A stretch of DNA of 64,000 nt from an uncultured Prochlorococcus sp. (lineage in GTDB: Bacteria > Cyanobacteriota > Cyanobacteriia > PCC-6307 > Cyanobiaceae): the NCBI GenBank assembly GCA_902539115.1, contig CACBHP010000003.1, positions 22,694-86,693 of the forward strand, written 5' to 3'. The notes beneath the pieces are model-generated. The model made no database searches, was not told where the DNA came from, and saw only the letters and a list, made by a program, of their open reading frames with translations. Each line of letters opens with the position of its first letter. Position 1 is the stretch's first letter. This document shows, in pieces, positions 1-9,807 of this stretch. The position numbers were made by a program, and so were the translations under genes.

Positions 1-1115
1 CTGAAACTTTTTTACCTAAAGTTGACGGCATAGTCACAAGATTGACTAAAACGATTGAATTTTTAATAAAAAATGGTGATGAAGTTATAATTTTTTGTCC
101 AGAGGGGTGTCCAGAATCATATATGGGCGCAACTGTAGTTGGAGTTGCTGCAATGCCATTACCCTTATACCCAGAGTTGAAGCTTGGTTTACCAGGTCCT
201 GCAGTCTCAGATAAGTTAGAAAAATTTAACCCAGATTTGATACATGTTGTTAATCCAGCTGTACTTGGCTTAGGTGGCATATGGTTGGCAAAAACTAATA
301 ATATTCCTTTAATTGCTAGTTACCATACTCATCTTCCGAAATATCTAGAACACTATGGAATGGGTATGTTAGAGCCACTTTTGTGGGAATTACTTAAAGC
401 AGCACATAATCAAGCCTTGTTAAATTTATGTACATCTACCGCTATGGTAAATGAGTTAAAAGATAAAGGTATTCAAAGGACTGCTCTTTGGCAAAGGGGA
501 GTAGATACTTACATTTTCCGACCAGATTTGAGAAGTGAGAAAATGAGAAAAAAATTATTTGGGAAACATAACGATGCTAAGTACTTATTGATTTATGTAG
601 GAAGATTATCAGCAGAAAAACAAATTGAGAGAATTAAACCAGTCTTAGAAAGTATCCCTAATGCTTGCCTAGCACTTGTAGGTGACGGACCATATAGAAA
701 CCAGCTTGAAAAAATCTTCGAAAATACCAAGACTAATTTCATAGGATATTTATCTGGAGATGAACTTGCTAGCGCCTATGCCTCTGGAGATATATTTTTA
801 TTCCCATCTAGTACAGAAACACTCGGGTTAGTTTTACTAGAAGCAATGGCAGCAGGATGTCCAGTTATCGGAGCCAACAAGGGGGGAATTCCAGATATTA
901 TTAGCGATGGGATTAATGGTTGCTTATATGATCCTGATGAAAAAGACAATGGGGAACAGAGTTTGATTGAAGCGACAAAAAAAATTCTAGAAAATGAAGA
1001 TAAAAGAGAAGTCATGAGGAAAGAGGCACGAAACGAAGCAGAAAAATGGGATTGGAATCAAGCAACGTTGCAACTGCAAAATTATTATGCAGAAACTCTC
1101 AAAAAAATAGATTAA
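1..1115 (+). CDS. sqdX: GT4 glycosyltransferase, sulfolipid synthase SqdX (5' end lies outside the window)
   Basis: Frame is open from base 3 (ETFLPKVDGIVTRL...). GT4 motifs YVGRLSAEK and ETLGLVLLEAMAAG are present. The SqdX call rests on family resemblance and recalled picocyanobacterial synteny. Confidence 0.8.
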   Translation, partial: ETFLPKVDGIVTRLTKTIEFLIKNGDEVIIFCPEGCPESYMGATVVGVAAMPLPLYPELKLGLPGPAVSDKLEKFNPDLIHVVNPAVLGLGGIWLAKTNNIPLIASYHTHLPKYLEHYGMGMLEPLLWELLKAAHNQALLNLCTSTAMVNELKDKGIQRTALWQRGVDTYIFRPDLRSEKMRKKLFGKHNDAKYLLIYVGRLSAEKQIERIKPVLESIPNACLALVGDGPYRNQLEKIFENTKTNFIGYLSGDELASAYASGDIFLFPSSTETLGLVLLEAMAAGCPVIGANKGGIPDIISDGINGCLYDPDEKDNGEQSLIEATKKILENEDKREVMRKEARNEAEKWDWNQATLQLQNYYAETLKKID

Positions 1116-1127
1116 ACTTAATCTGAA

Positions 1128-1376
1128 TTATGCTACGTGTGGAGGCGTAGGACTACTATACGAACTTAAAGGAAGTATTAGAGTAGCAATATTTTGATTC
1201 TTTTCAGGCCTTTTTTTCTTTGAGAATTTTTTACCAAAAGGTACTCTTATAACATTAGTTCCCTCAATGGAACAAATATTTGAATTATCTACTGAAAAAT
1301 TATTGACAAAATTTGGTAAGTCGACATTTTTAACTGGCAGGTGCTTAACATTACCAGATTTAAAATCTTTGGTCAT
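1128..1376 (-). CDS. small hypothetical protein
   Basis: 82-aa ATG ORF filling the gap between sqdX and gcvP, with NVIRVPFGK and a Pro-rich C-terminus. Confidence 0.7.
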   Translation of the reverse strand: MTKDFKSGNVKHLPVKNVDLPNFVNNFSVDNSNICSIEGTNVIRVPFGKKFSKKKRPEKNQNIATLILPLSSYSSPTPPHVA

Positions 1377-1490
1377 AGCTTCAAATACCCCAAAAAATTT
1401 GATGCTCGAATATTTTAATAAAAAAATTTAAAAAAATTCTATAAGAAAATATTAAATTTTTATTCACACTGATAATAACTAAGTAAATAC

Positions 1491-1506
1491 AAGGACGCTA
1501 GTCCTT
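1491..1506 (-). terminator. hairpin at the gcvP stop, possible terminator or RNA-stabilising stem
   Basis: AAGGAC-GCTA-GTCCTT is a perfect 6-bp stem with a 4-nt loop right at the gcvP stop. The U-tract is weak. Confidence 0.35.
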
Positions 1507-4415
1507 TAAGCACATTTTTTTTCTTCGAAAATCTCTCCTTGATTTACATTGCAAGAACAAATTAAATTACGATCGCCATATGCATTATTGATCCTAGAAA
1601 CTGAAGACCAAAACTTAATAGATATTGGATTTTTATAAGGAAAAGAAGCTTTTTCTTTTGAATAAGGATAATTCCAATTATCAGCAATTAACTCTTTCAG
1701 CGTATGGGGAGCGTTACTTATTACATTATTATTCTTTAATGCAATATTTTTTTCTATTTCGCTGATTTCTTCTCCAATCAATAGCATAGCCTCACAAAAT
1801 CTCTCCAATTCAACCAAACTTTCACTTTCAGTAGGCTCTATCATTATGGTCTCTGGAACAGGCCAACTTATTGTTGGGGCATGAAAACTATAATCTATTA
1901 ATCGTTTAGCTAAATCATTTACACTCAAACCAGTTTTGGATTTTAAATCTCTAAAATCTAAAATACATTCATGTGCAACAAAATTATTTTTCCCTTTATA
2001 AAGAATCTTGAATTTATGCTTTAAAGAATGCGCAATATAATTTGCAGACAAAATTGCATGCGCAGTTGCTTTCCTTAAACCACTAAGACCAGCCATTTTT
2101 ATGTACATCCAACTTATTGGAAGAATACTTGCACTCCCATGCTTTGCCGAAGATACGTAATTGGAGCTATTAGATAAATTATTATCCATTAAAGAATGAC
2201 TAGGAAGAAACGGGCTTAAAGTTTCTGATGCAGCAACTGGACCTACTCCTGGGCCACCACCTCCATGTGGAATGCAGAATGTTTTATGTAAATTCAAATG
2301 ACAAACATCAACACCATAATTCCCCGGTTTACATAATCCAACTTGAGCGTTCAAATTTGCTCCATCTAAATAGACAAATCCTCCAACAGAGTGAATTAAA
2401 TCACATATCTTTCTGATTTGTAATTCAAAAACTCCATGAGTAGAGGGATAAGTCAACATAAGAGCCCCTATTTGGTTATCAAATTTCTTGACCTTGATCG
2501 ACAAATCTTGAAAATCAATATTTCCTTCTTCATCACATTCAACAGTTAAAACATCAAAACCTGCCATAACTGCACTAGCAGGATTTGTTCCATGAGCACT
2601 TTTAGGAATTAAACATTTTTTTCTTGAAAGTTGGCCTTTTGATTCAAAATAAGAATTTATTGCCAATAAACCTGCAAACTCTCCTTGAGAACCTGCATTT
2701 GGTTGAAAAGAAACTGATTTTAAACCGACAATATCACTAATCCATTTTTCTAGGTCAGATATTATTTTTGAATAGCCTTTAGTTTGATTTTGTGGAGAAA
2801 AAGGATGAATGCCAGATAAATTAGCCCAAGAGACTGGATTTAATTCTGCTGCAGAATTTAACTTCATGGTGCAGCTTCCCAATGGCATCATTCCATCTAC
2901 CAAAGAAAAATCTTTTTCAGCAAGTCGGAATATATATCTCAATAATTCAGTTTCACTTTGGTAATTTGTGAATATATCTTGCTGCATCCATTCACTGGAT
3001 CTCAAAGCTAAACTTTCAAGATGAAATCCTTTATCAAATTTTATATGCTTTAAATCTTCTTTTTTTTCTACAAGGTTTGCTATGAAAGTCACAATATCTT
3101 TGATTTCTTTTTCATTACTAAGCTCATCTAAAGAAATCCCGAAGCCAGTTGAATTTTCAATAGTTGATCCCAATGGCAGAATTCTTAAGTTATACCCATT
3201 TTTTAAGGCTTCATTATGGATCCTCTGGGAGTGCCTAGAATAAACATCAACACTATCAAATCTAATTCCATCTGGAATATCAAAACCTAAATCAGCTAAA
3301 CATGATTCTAAATTTATTCTCAACTCCACTAATCTTTTAGCAATTCGCGTTAATCCAGAAGGTCCATGATAAATAGCATAAAAAGATGAAATTATGGCTA
3401 ACAAAGATTGAGCAGTACAAATGTTACTAGTAGCCTTTTCCCTTCTAATATGTTGCTCTCTTGTTTGCAATGCTAATCTTAGAGACTTTTCTCCATTTTT
3501 AGAGAGAGTTTGACCAACAATTCTTCCAGGTATCAGCCTTTTATATTTTTCGCTACAGGCAAAATATGCTGCATGGGGTCCACCAAAACCCATTGGAACA
3601 CCAAACCTTTGCATACTACCCACTGCTACATCAACACCAAATTCAGAAATTGGTTTAATTAAAACTTGTGCCAATGGATCAATGCATGCTGTTACAATAA
3701 TTTCTAATCTATGTGCTTGGGATATTAAGAAAGTGGGATCAAATAATTGTCCATTTTTACCGGGTAATTGCAACAACATCCCAAAAACATCATCATGATT
3801 AGAAAGGTTGCTTTGAGTAAAGCGTTTTAAGGATATTCCTAAAGGTTTTGCTCTGGTTTGTAGAACATTAAAAGTATGATCAAAAACATTTGATTCCACT
3901 AAGTACACTTTTGAAGATTTATTTTTTCTTGCGGCAAAACTCATGGCCATAGCTTCCGCTGCTGCAGTACCCTCATCTAACAAAGATGCATTAGCGACAG
4001 GGAATCCTGTTAGTTCACAAACAATAGTCTGAAAATTAAATAGAGCTTCTAATCTTCCTTGTGCAATTTCTGCTTGATATGGAGTATAAGACGTATACCA
4101 CCTGGGATTTTCAAGAACATGTCTTTGGATTACTTTAGGCATATGATTGTCATAATAACCAAGGCCTATAAGTGATCTCATTTTAGTATTTTTATTTGCT
4201 ATCTCTTCTAATTCATTTAAAGCCTCAATTTCTGAACAACCTTGGGGCAATATTTCTGATGATTTATCTTTAAGCTGAATATCTTCAGGAATAACTTGAT
4301 TTATAAATTGATCAATATTATTAAAACCAAGCTTATTCAGCATAATTCTTTCATCATTATCTCCTAACCCAAGATGCCTATCTATAAACAAATCAGACCT
4401 AAATTTGGATGTCAT
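1506..4415 (-). CDS. gcvP: glycine dehydrogenase (glycine cleavage P protein)
   Basis: 969 aa; YTSYTPYQAEIAQGRLEAL, HIRREKATSNICTAQ and the PLP-lysine motif HLNLHKTFCIPHGGGGPG. Confidence 0.98.
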   Translation of the reverse strand: MTSKFRSDLFIDRHLGLGDNDERIMLNKLGFNNIDQFINQVIPEDIQLKDKSSEILPQGCSEIEALNELEEIANKNTKMRSLIGLGYYDNHMPKVIQRHVLENPRWYTSYTPYQAEIAQGRLEALFNFQTIVCELTGFPVANASLLDEGTAAAEAMAMSFAARKNKSSKVYLVESNVFDHTFNVLQTRAKPLGISLKRFTQSNLSNHDDVFGMLLQLPGKNGQLFDPTFLISQAHRLEIIVTACIDPLAQVLIKPISEFGVDVAVGSMQRFGVPMGFGGPHAAYFACSEKYKRLIPGRIVGQTLSKNGEKSLRLALQTREQHIRREKATSNICTAQSLLAIISSFYAIYHGPSGLTRIAKRLVELRINLESCLADLGFDIPDGIRFDSVDVYSRHSQRIHNEALKNGYNLRILPLGSTIENSTGFGISLDELSNEKEIKDIVTFIANLVEKKEDLKHIKFDKGFHLESLALRSSEWMQQDIFTNYQSETELLRYIFRLAEKDFSLVDGMMPLGSCTMKLNSAAELNPVSWANLSGIHPFSPQNQTKGYSKIISDLEKWISDIVGLKSVSFQPNAGSQGEFAGLLAINSYFESKGQLSRKKCLIPKSAHGTNPASAVMAGFDVLTVECDEEGNIDFQDLSIKVKKFDNQIGALMLTYPSTHGVFELQIRKICDLIHSVGGFVYLDGANLNAQVGLCKPGNYGVDVCHLNLHKTFCIPHGGGGPGVGPVAASETLSPFLPSHSLMDNNLSNSSNYVSSAKHGSASILPISWMYIKMAGLSGLRKATAHAILSANYIAHSLKHKFKILYKGKNNFVAHECILDFRDLKSKTGLSVNDLAKRLIDYSFHAPTISWPVPETIMIEPTESESLVELERFCEAMLLIGEEISEIEKNIALKNNNVISNAPHTLKELIADNWNYPYSKEKASFPYKNPISIKFWSSVSRINNAYGDRNLICSCNVNQGEIFEEKKCA

Positions 4416-4460
4416 ATTAAAATATTTTTCTTTAAAATAGCTCTTTTTAGAAAGTTTGCC

Positions 4461-4850
4461 TTATTTTGGTACAACCTTTGATTGATATTCTTCAGAAGTC
4501 ATCAAATCAGCAATTGATGCTTTTGATTCTGGTTTCAAAATGACTAACCAACCGTCTCCAATCGGATCATTCTGTAAAAGCTCAGGATTCTCAATAACAG
4601 TTTCATTTACAGATACTATTTCCCCTGAAAAAGGCAGATAGACTTCCTCAACAGCCTTAACTGATTCTATTGTTCCAAAAGTTTCGCCTTTCTCTAAAGT
4701 CGCCCCTTGATCAGCTAATTCAACAAAAACAATATCTCCTAATTGATCTATAGCGAATTCACTAACTCCAATTTTTAATAATCCATTTTCTTCCAAGACA
4801 TATTCATGAGTATCAGCATAGTTGAGGTTGTCTGGAAACTTGTAAGACAT
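4461..4850 (-). CDS. gcvH: glycine cleavage H protein
   Basis: Lipoyl-lysine motif IESVKA; GVSEFAIDQLGDIVFVE. Confidence 0.98.
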   Translation of the reverse strand: MSYKFPDNLNYADTHEYVLEENGLLKIGVSEFAIDQLGDIVFVELADQGATLEKGETFGTIESVKAVEEVYLPFSGEIVSVNETVIENPELLQNDPIGDGWLVILKPESKASIADLMTSEEYQSKVVPK

Positions 4851-4852
4851 GA

Positions 4853-6145
4853 TTAAGTAGATAAAGGAAGTAGAGAATCCTTTGAAATTAATTTTTCCTC
4901 TAGTAATTCAGATAATAATCGAATTAATGCAATTTTGATGTGAGCTATGTGAGAACCACCTTGAACAAAAATATTGTAAGGATCTCTTAGAGGGGCATCA
5001 GCAGAAAATTCACTTGTACTACCTTCAATAAATGTACCTCCTGCCATTAATAATTTTGAATCATATCCATCCATTGATGATGGAATAACATTCAGAAAAG
5101 AATCTACTGGTGAAGAATTTTGAAAAGATTGACAAACTTTTTGTACTAAATCAGGATTATTCAATCTTACTGACTGAATAAGATCAGATCTATAAGTAGC
5201 TGGCTCTGGTAAAACCTTAAATCCCAAATTTTTAAAAACTGCTGCAACCATATCAGCACCTTTTAGTGATTCGTGAACAATTTGTGGTGCTAAAAACAAA
5301 CCCTGCAAAATTAATCTTCCTAGTCCAAAATTTGTTCCTGCAGAAGAACCAATACCTGGTGAGGTTAATCTAGAACATGCCATCTCAACCAACTCTGCAT
5401 CTCCTGCAACGTACCCACCTGTAGGAACGATAGTTCCTCCCAAATTTTTAATCAATGATCCAGCGATTATATTTGCCCCTTTAGAAATTGGTTCACTATC
5501 TTCAACAAGCTCCCCATAACAGTTATCAACAAAACATATACAGTTGGGATCAAGAGAATGAATAAGACTACAAATTTTCTCTATCTGATGATTCGTAAGA
5601 GACCTTCTCCAACTATATCCACAACTTTTTTGTATGAATACTAATTTGCATGAATTTTCTTTAAAAGAATGAACAATTTTTTCTTGAAAAGAATCAAAAT
5701 TCTCGCAGATATTTATTTGCTTATATTCAATCTCAAAATCTTTAAGTGAGCCTTTACCTCCTCTCCTTATTCCTATAACTTCTTCTAACGTGTCATATGG
5801 TTGTCCTGTAAGAGATAACATTACATCTCCAGGTCTAAGAATTCCAAATAAAACAGAACTTATTGCATGCGTTCCGCTTACAAATTGCATCCTCACAGCT
5901 GCCTTTTCAGCAAGAAACAATCTTGCAAAAACCGCATCAATTTTTTCTCTAGATATATCATCATGACCACTACCAGAAGATTGATTGAAATGACTAGCAG
6001 AAACTTTTTCTTCCTTATAAATTGTCAAAATATTTTCTAATTTCTGGAAAACCTGATTGGACCTTTCTTGGAAAACTTTACTTAAACTCTCTTCGACAGA
6101 AAGAACAGCGTTTTCAGCCAGTTTTAAGTTATTGTTTAGCGTCAT
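4853..6145 (-). CDS. methionine gamma-lyase family PLP protein (YnbB / 'aluminium resistance' family)
   Basis: FVSGTHAI, FVDNCYGE, AGSLIKNLGG (PLP lysine) and AGGTFIEGSTSEFSAD. Confidence 0.9.
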   Translation of the reverse strand: MTLNNNLKLAENAVLSVEESLSKVFQERSNQVFQKLENILTIYKEEKVSASHFNQSSGSGHDDISREKIDAVFARLFLAEKAAVRMQFVSGTHAISSVLFGILRPGDVMLSLTGQPYDTLEEVIGIRRGGKGSLKDFEIEYKQINICENFDSFQEKIVHSFKENSCKLVFIQKSCGYSWRRSLTNHQIEKICSLIHSLDPNCICFVDNCYGELVEDSEPISKGANIIAGSLIKNLGGTIVPTGGYVAGDAELVEMACSRLTSPGIGSSAGTNFGLGRLILQGLFLAPQIVHESLKGADMVAAVFKNLGFKVLPEPATYRSDLIQSVRLNNPDLVQKVCQSFQNSSPVDSFLNVIPSSMDGYDSKLLMAGGTFIEGSTSEFSADAPLRDPYNIFVQGGSHIAHIKIALIRLLSELLEEKLISKDSLLPLST

Positions 6146-6163
6146 TTATTATGAAAATTCATA

Positions 6164-6862
6164 TTATTTTTCAGAAGCTAAATTTCTTAATTCTGCTAGG
6201 AAAGCATTAGGTCCCCTACCCTGAAAATAAGAAAGTTTTTTTGAAGCCTCATATAAATCAAGAAGTTCTCCATCTAATTCTTCTGCCGTATAATCTTTAA
6301 TTCCTGCTATTACCTCAGCAAAACGTTCTCTACGGGCAGATTTATTGACAGCATAGGCTTCCATTACCTGAATTTTACATGATCTCCAAGCCTTATTCTG
6401 ACAAAAATGCACTGAAAGAGCATCACTTAAAGCAGAAGCTTCTTCATCTTCTATGTACCAGTCAAAAGATGAAGGTAGAGATTTTAATCCTGAAAATATC
6501 TCGAACAACTCCCCGGCAGACAATGGATTACCAGAATCATTTTTCAGGGGTAATGCAGACTCTTCCAAAGATTTCCATAACTCTGGGTAATCACCTTCAA
6601 AACGATCCCTGATTTTTTCTATACCTTGATCAAGAATCGTATTAACTTGAGCTAAAGCAAGAAAAACTTCAGGACCTGGCGAAGATAACTTCCCATTTCT
6701 AAGATTAGAGATTTGCGAATTATGAACTTTACCTAAATCAAGAACTTCAGAAAGTAATGGCAAAACTCTGTGTGACCATCCATTTCTTTCATGCCAGAGG
6801 TGTATCAAATGAGCCATAGCCCTTCGACCTCTAGATAATTTATCGCGATATCCGAGACTCAC
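6164..6862 (-). CDS. uncharacterised protein with a putative N-terminal XRE-like helix-turn-helix
   Basis: 232-aa GTG ORF. GWSHRVL...HNSQISNLRNGKLSSPG resembles an XRE/Cro recognition helix; this is inferred from the motif pattern. Confidence 0.75.
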   Translation of the reverse strand: MSLGYRDKLSRGRRAMAHLIHLWHERNGWSHRVLPLLSEVLDLGKVHNSQISNLRNGKLSSPGPEVFLALAQVNTILDQGIEKIRDRFEGDYPELWKSLEESALPLKNDSGNPLSAGELFEIFSGLKSLPSSFDWYIEDEEASALSDALSVHFCQNKAWRSCKIQVMEAYAVNKSARRERFAEVIAGIKDYTAEELDGELLDLYEASKKLSYFQGRGPNAFLAELRNLASEK

Positions 6863-6937
6863 AGATAATTAAACTTATCAATAGTATAGTATGATAATAT
6901 TACATATCGGTAATTTTGAAAATAGTATTTCAATATC

Positions 6938-7876
6938 ATGAATTCAGTAATTTTCCAAGAAACAGCAAAATTAAAGAAACCTGTTCCATCTGAGAAAGTT
7001 TTAGAACTCTCAGAAAAATTACTGGAACCTTCCAGCCATTCAAAAAGATATCCTCCAAGACTACATAAAACTTGGGGAACAATAGTTTTCATGGTTGCAA
7101 TTCATATTCTTTCTCTCGTAGCTATACAACCAAAATTTTGGAGTCTCCCTGCAGTCACTTCATTATTATTCTTTTACTGGTTAACTGCTTGTTTAGGAGT
7201 CACTCTTGGGTATCACAGATTGTTATCACACAGATCGTTCATTGTTCCAAGATGGTTAGAAAGATTTTTTGCTACCTGTGGAGCTATAAGTTGCCAACAT
7301 GGACCAATAGATTGGGTAGGTTTACATAGGCATCACCACTCTTTTTCAGATACTGAAGTAGATCATCACAACAGCAAAAAAGGGTTTTGGTGGAGTCATA
7401 TGGGTTGGATGTTTAAAGACGTTGAAGCACTAAAAGCTGTTCCAAAACTAAGTGCAGATTTAATCAAGGATCCATACTATAGATTTCTAAATAAATATTT
7501 TTTATTCTTACAAATTCCTATTGGACTTTCTTTGTACGCAATAGGTCAAAAATTAGGAGTTGGAGGATGGGCTCTAGTCCTTTGGGGAATTCCATTGAGA
7601 CTTGTGGTTGTTTATCACATAACTTGGCTAGTAAACTCCGCGACGCATTGTTGGGGTAAAGCACCATTTGAAAGTGGTGATTCATCTAAAAATAACGCGT
7701 GGGTTGCTGCATTAACATTTGGAGAAGGTTGGCATAATAATCATCATGCATTTCCCAATTCGGCAAAACAAGGATTATTTAGAGGTCAGATAGATATAAC
7801 ATGGGAACATATTAAGATTCTTGCGAAATTTGGTCTTGCAAAAAAAGTAAAGTTACCCTCTAGGTCTTATTATTAA
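6938..7876 (+). CDS. desC: acyl-lipid delta-9 fatty acid desaturase
   Basis: Three histidine boxes (HRLLSH, HRHHH, HNNHH), [13 protein letters not shown] and hydrophobic segments. Confidence 0.9.
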   Translation: MNSVIFQETAKLKKPVPSEKVLELSEKLLEPSSHSKRYPPRLHKTWGTIVFMVAIHILSLVAIQPKFWSLPAVTSLLFFYWLTACLGVTLGYHRLLSHRSFIVPRWLERFFATCGAISCQHGPIDWVGLHRHHHSFSDTEVDHHNSKKGFWWSHMGWMFKDVEALKAVPKLSADLIKDPYYRFLNKYFLFLQIPIGLSLYAIGQKLGVGGWALVLWGIPLRLVVVYHITWLVNSATHCWGKAPFESGDSSKNNAWVAALTFGEGWHNNHHAFPNSAKQGLFRGQIDITWEHIKILAKFGLAKKVKLPSRSYY

Positions 7877-7898
7877 CTATATTGTTCAATATTTTTTC

Positions 7899-8354
7899 AT
7901 GGCTAAGAGAGTACAAGTCGCATTAACTGAATCAATCGCATCACTAGGTAAAGAAGGAGATCTAGTTGAAGTAGCACCTGGATACGCAAGAAATTTTCTA
8001 TTACCTTATGGCAAGGCAATGAATGTAACTCCAGCAGTCCTTAAACAAATTGAGAGAAAGAAAGAAAAAGAAAAAATCGCTGCTGATAAATTAAAGCAAG
8101 AAGCTTTAGATTTCCAAACAGCATTATCTACAATAGGTAGGTTCACTATCAAAAAACAGGTTGGAGAAGATGGTGTTCTTTTTGGAACGGTTACTAATGG
8201 GGATGTTGCCGAAGCAATAGAAGCAGCAACTAAAAAAGAAATTGATAGAAGAAACATTACTGTTCCTGATATTCATAATTTAGGTTCCTTTACTGCAAAA
8301 ATAAAATTACATCCAGAAGTAAATGCAGAAGTAAATATTGAAGTAACAAGTTAG
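7899..8354 (+). CDS. rplI: 50S ribosomal protein L9
   Basis: [21 protein letters not shown]. Confidence 0.98.
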   Translation: MAKRVQVALTESIASLGKEGDLVEVAPGYARNFLLPYGKAMNVTPAVLKQIERKKEKEKIAADKLKQEALDFQTALSTIGRFTIKKQVGEDGVLFGTVTNGDVAEAIEAATKKEIDRRNITVPDIHNLGSFTAKIKLHPEVNAEVNIEVTS

Positions 8355-8412
8355 TCAATTTGTTGCATTATTTTGAAAAGTAGCCAGAGTATATATCTAA
8401 GCAATTAAAGAT

Positions 8413-9795
8413 ATGGTTTCCGTACCTTTTCCAAATAATGGGCAAAATAAAAATTTTAAAAAGGATTTTAATAGTGAAAATTCTGGATTAGTACCTCCTC
8501 AAAACGTTCAAGCTGAGGAAGCTGTTCTTGGTGGCATACTTCTTGATCCAGACGCTATAGGAAGAATTGCAGACTTAATTAAACCTGAAGCTTTTTATAT
8601 AAATGCCCACCAAGAGATTTATAGAACAGCATTAATGTTGCATACCCAGGGTAAACCAACTGATTTAACTTCAATGAGTGCTTGGTTAGCAGATAATGGA
8701 TCACTAGAAAAAATTGGGGGGAACAGCAAACTGGTAGAACTAGTTGAAAATGTTTCATCTACTGCTTCCATAGAACAAGTTGCTAATTTAATTAACGACA
8801 AATTCATGAGAAGGCAACTTATCAGATCTGGAAATGAAGTGGTTCAACTAGGTTTTGATCAAACTCAAGATACTAATGAAGTTCTAGATAAAGCAGAGCA
8901 GAAAATATTTGAAATCAGTCAAGAAAAACCTTCAAAAGGTCTGACTCAAGCAGCTGAAATCCTTACAAGTACTTTCAATGAAATAGAGTCAAGATCATTA
9001 GGTACTTCAGTAGCTGGAATTCCTGTAAATTTCTACGATCTTGATGCGATGACTCAAGGTTTTCAAAGAAGTGATTTAATAATTGTTGCTGGAAGACCTT
9101 CAATGGGGAAAACTTCAATGGTTCTTAATCTGGCTAAAAATGTTGCACAATCTCAAGATTTGCCTGTATGTGTATTTAGCCTTGAAATGAGTAAAGAACA
9201 GTTGACATATAGATTACTCTCTATGGAAGTTGGAATCGAGAGTGGCAGGTTAAGAACAGGAAGATTACAGCAAGATGAATGGCCCTTGCTCGGAGAAGGT
9301 ATCAATTCATTAGGTCAATTGCCAATATTTATAGATGACAAACCTAACTTAAGTGTTTTAGAGATGAGATCTCTATGCAGAAGATTAATAGCTGAACAAA
9401 AAAAAGAACTTGGATTAATTGTGATTGATTACCTCCAGTTGATGGAAGGATCAACCCCTGATAATAGAGTGCAAGAACTGTCACGAATAACAAGAGGTCT
9501 AAAAAGCATGGCCAGAGAATTAAAAGTACCAGTAGTAGCTTTATCTCAGCTTAGTAGAGGGGTAGAGTCTAGAACTAATAAAAGACCAATGTTAAGCGAT
9601 CTAAGAGAATCAGGATCTATTGAACAAGACGCAGATTTAGTATTAATGATTTATCGAGATGAATACTATAATCCAGAGACTGAAGACAGAGGAATTACAG
9701 AAATCATTGTCACTAAACATAGAAATGGACCCGTAGGAACTGTTAAATTATTATTTGAACCTCAATTTACGAGATTTAGGAATTTAGCAAATTAA
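8413..9795 (+). CDS. dnaB: replicative DNA helicase (no intein)
   Basis: Walker A AGRPSMGKT, IVIDYLQLM and LSDLRESGSIEQDAD. Confidence 0.98.
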   Translation: MVSVPFPNNGQNKNFKKDFNSENSGLVPPQNVQAEEAVLGGILLDPDAIGRIADLIKPEAFYINAHQEIYRTALMLHTQGKPTDLTSMSAWLADNGSLEKIGGNSKLVELVENVSSTASIEQVANLINDKFMRRQLIRSGNEVVQLGFDQTQDTNEVLDKAEQKIFEISQEKPSKGLTQAAEILTSTFNEIESRSLGTSVAGIPVNFYDLDAMTQGFQRSDLIIVAGRPSMGKTSMVLNLAKNVAQSQDLPVCVFSLEMSKEQLTYRLLSMEVGIESGRLRTGRLQQDEWPLLGEGINSLGQLPIFIDDKPNLSVLEMRSLCRRLIAEQKKELGLIVIDYLQLMEGSTPDNRVQELSRITRGLKSMARELKVPVVALSQLSRGVESRTNKRPMLSDLRESGSIEQDADLVLMIYRDEYYNPETEDRGITEIIVTKHRNGPVGTVKLLFEPQFTRFRNLAN

Positions 9796-9807
9796 ATCGA
9801 TCCTAAA

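Noticed and set aside
6889-6903. NtcA-like GTA...TAC site before the desaturase
   Set aside because: The spacing is N9, not the required GTA-N8-TAC.
6859-7329. Alternative ORFs over the desaturase (6859-7092 minus, 7072-7329 plus)
   Set aside because: They are shadow frames of a well-supported gene and carry no motifs.
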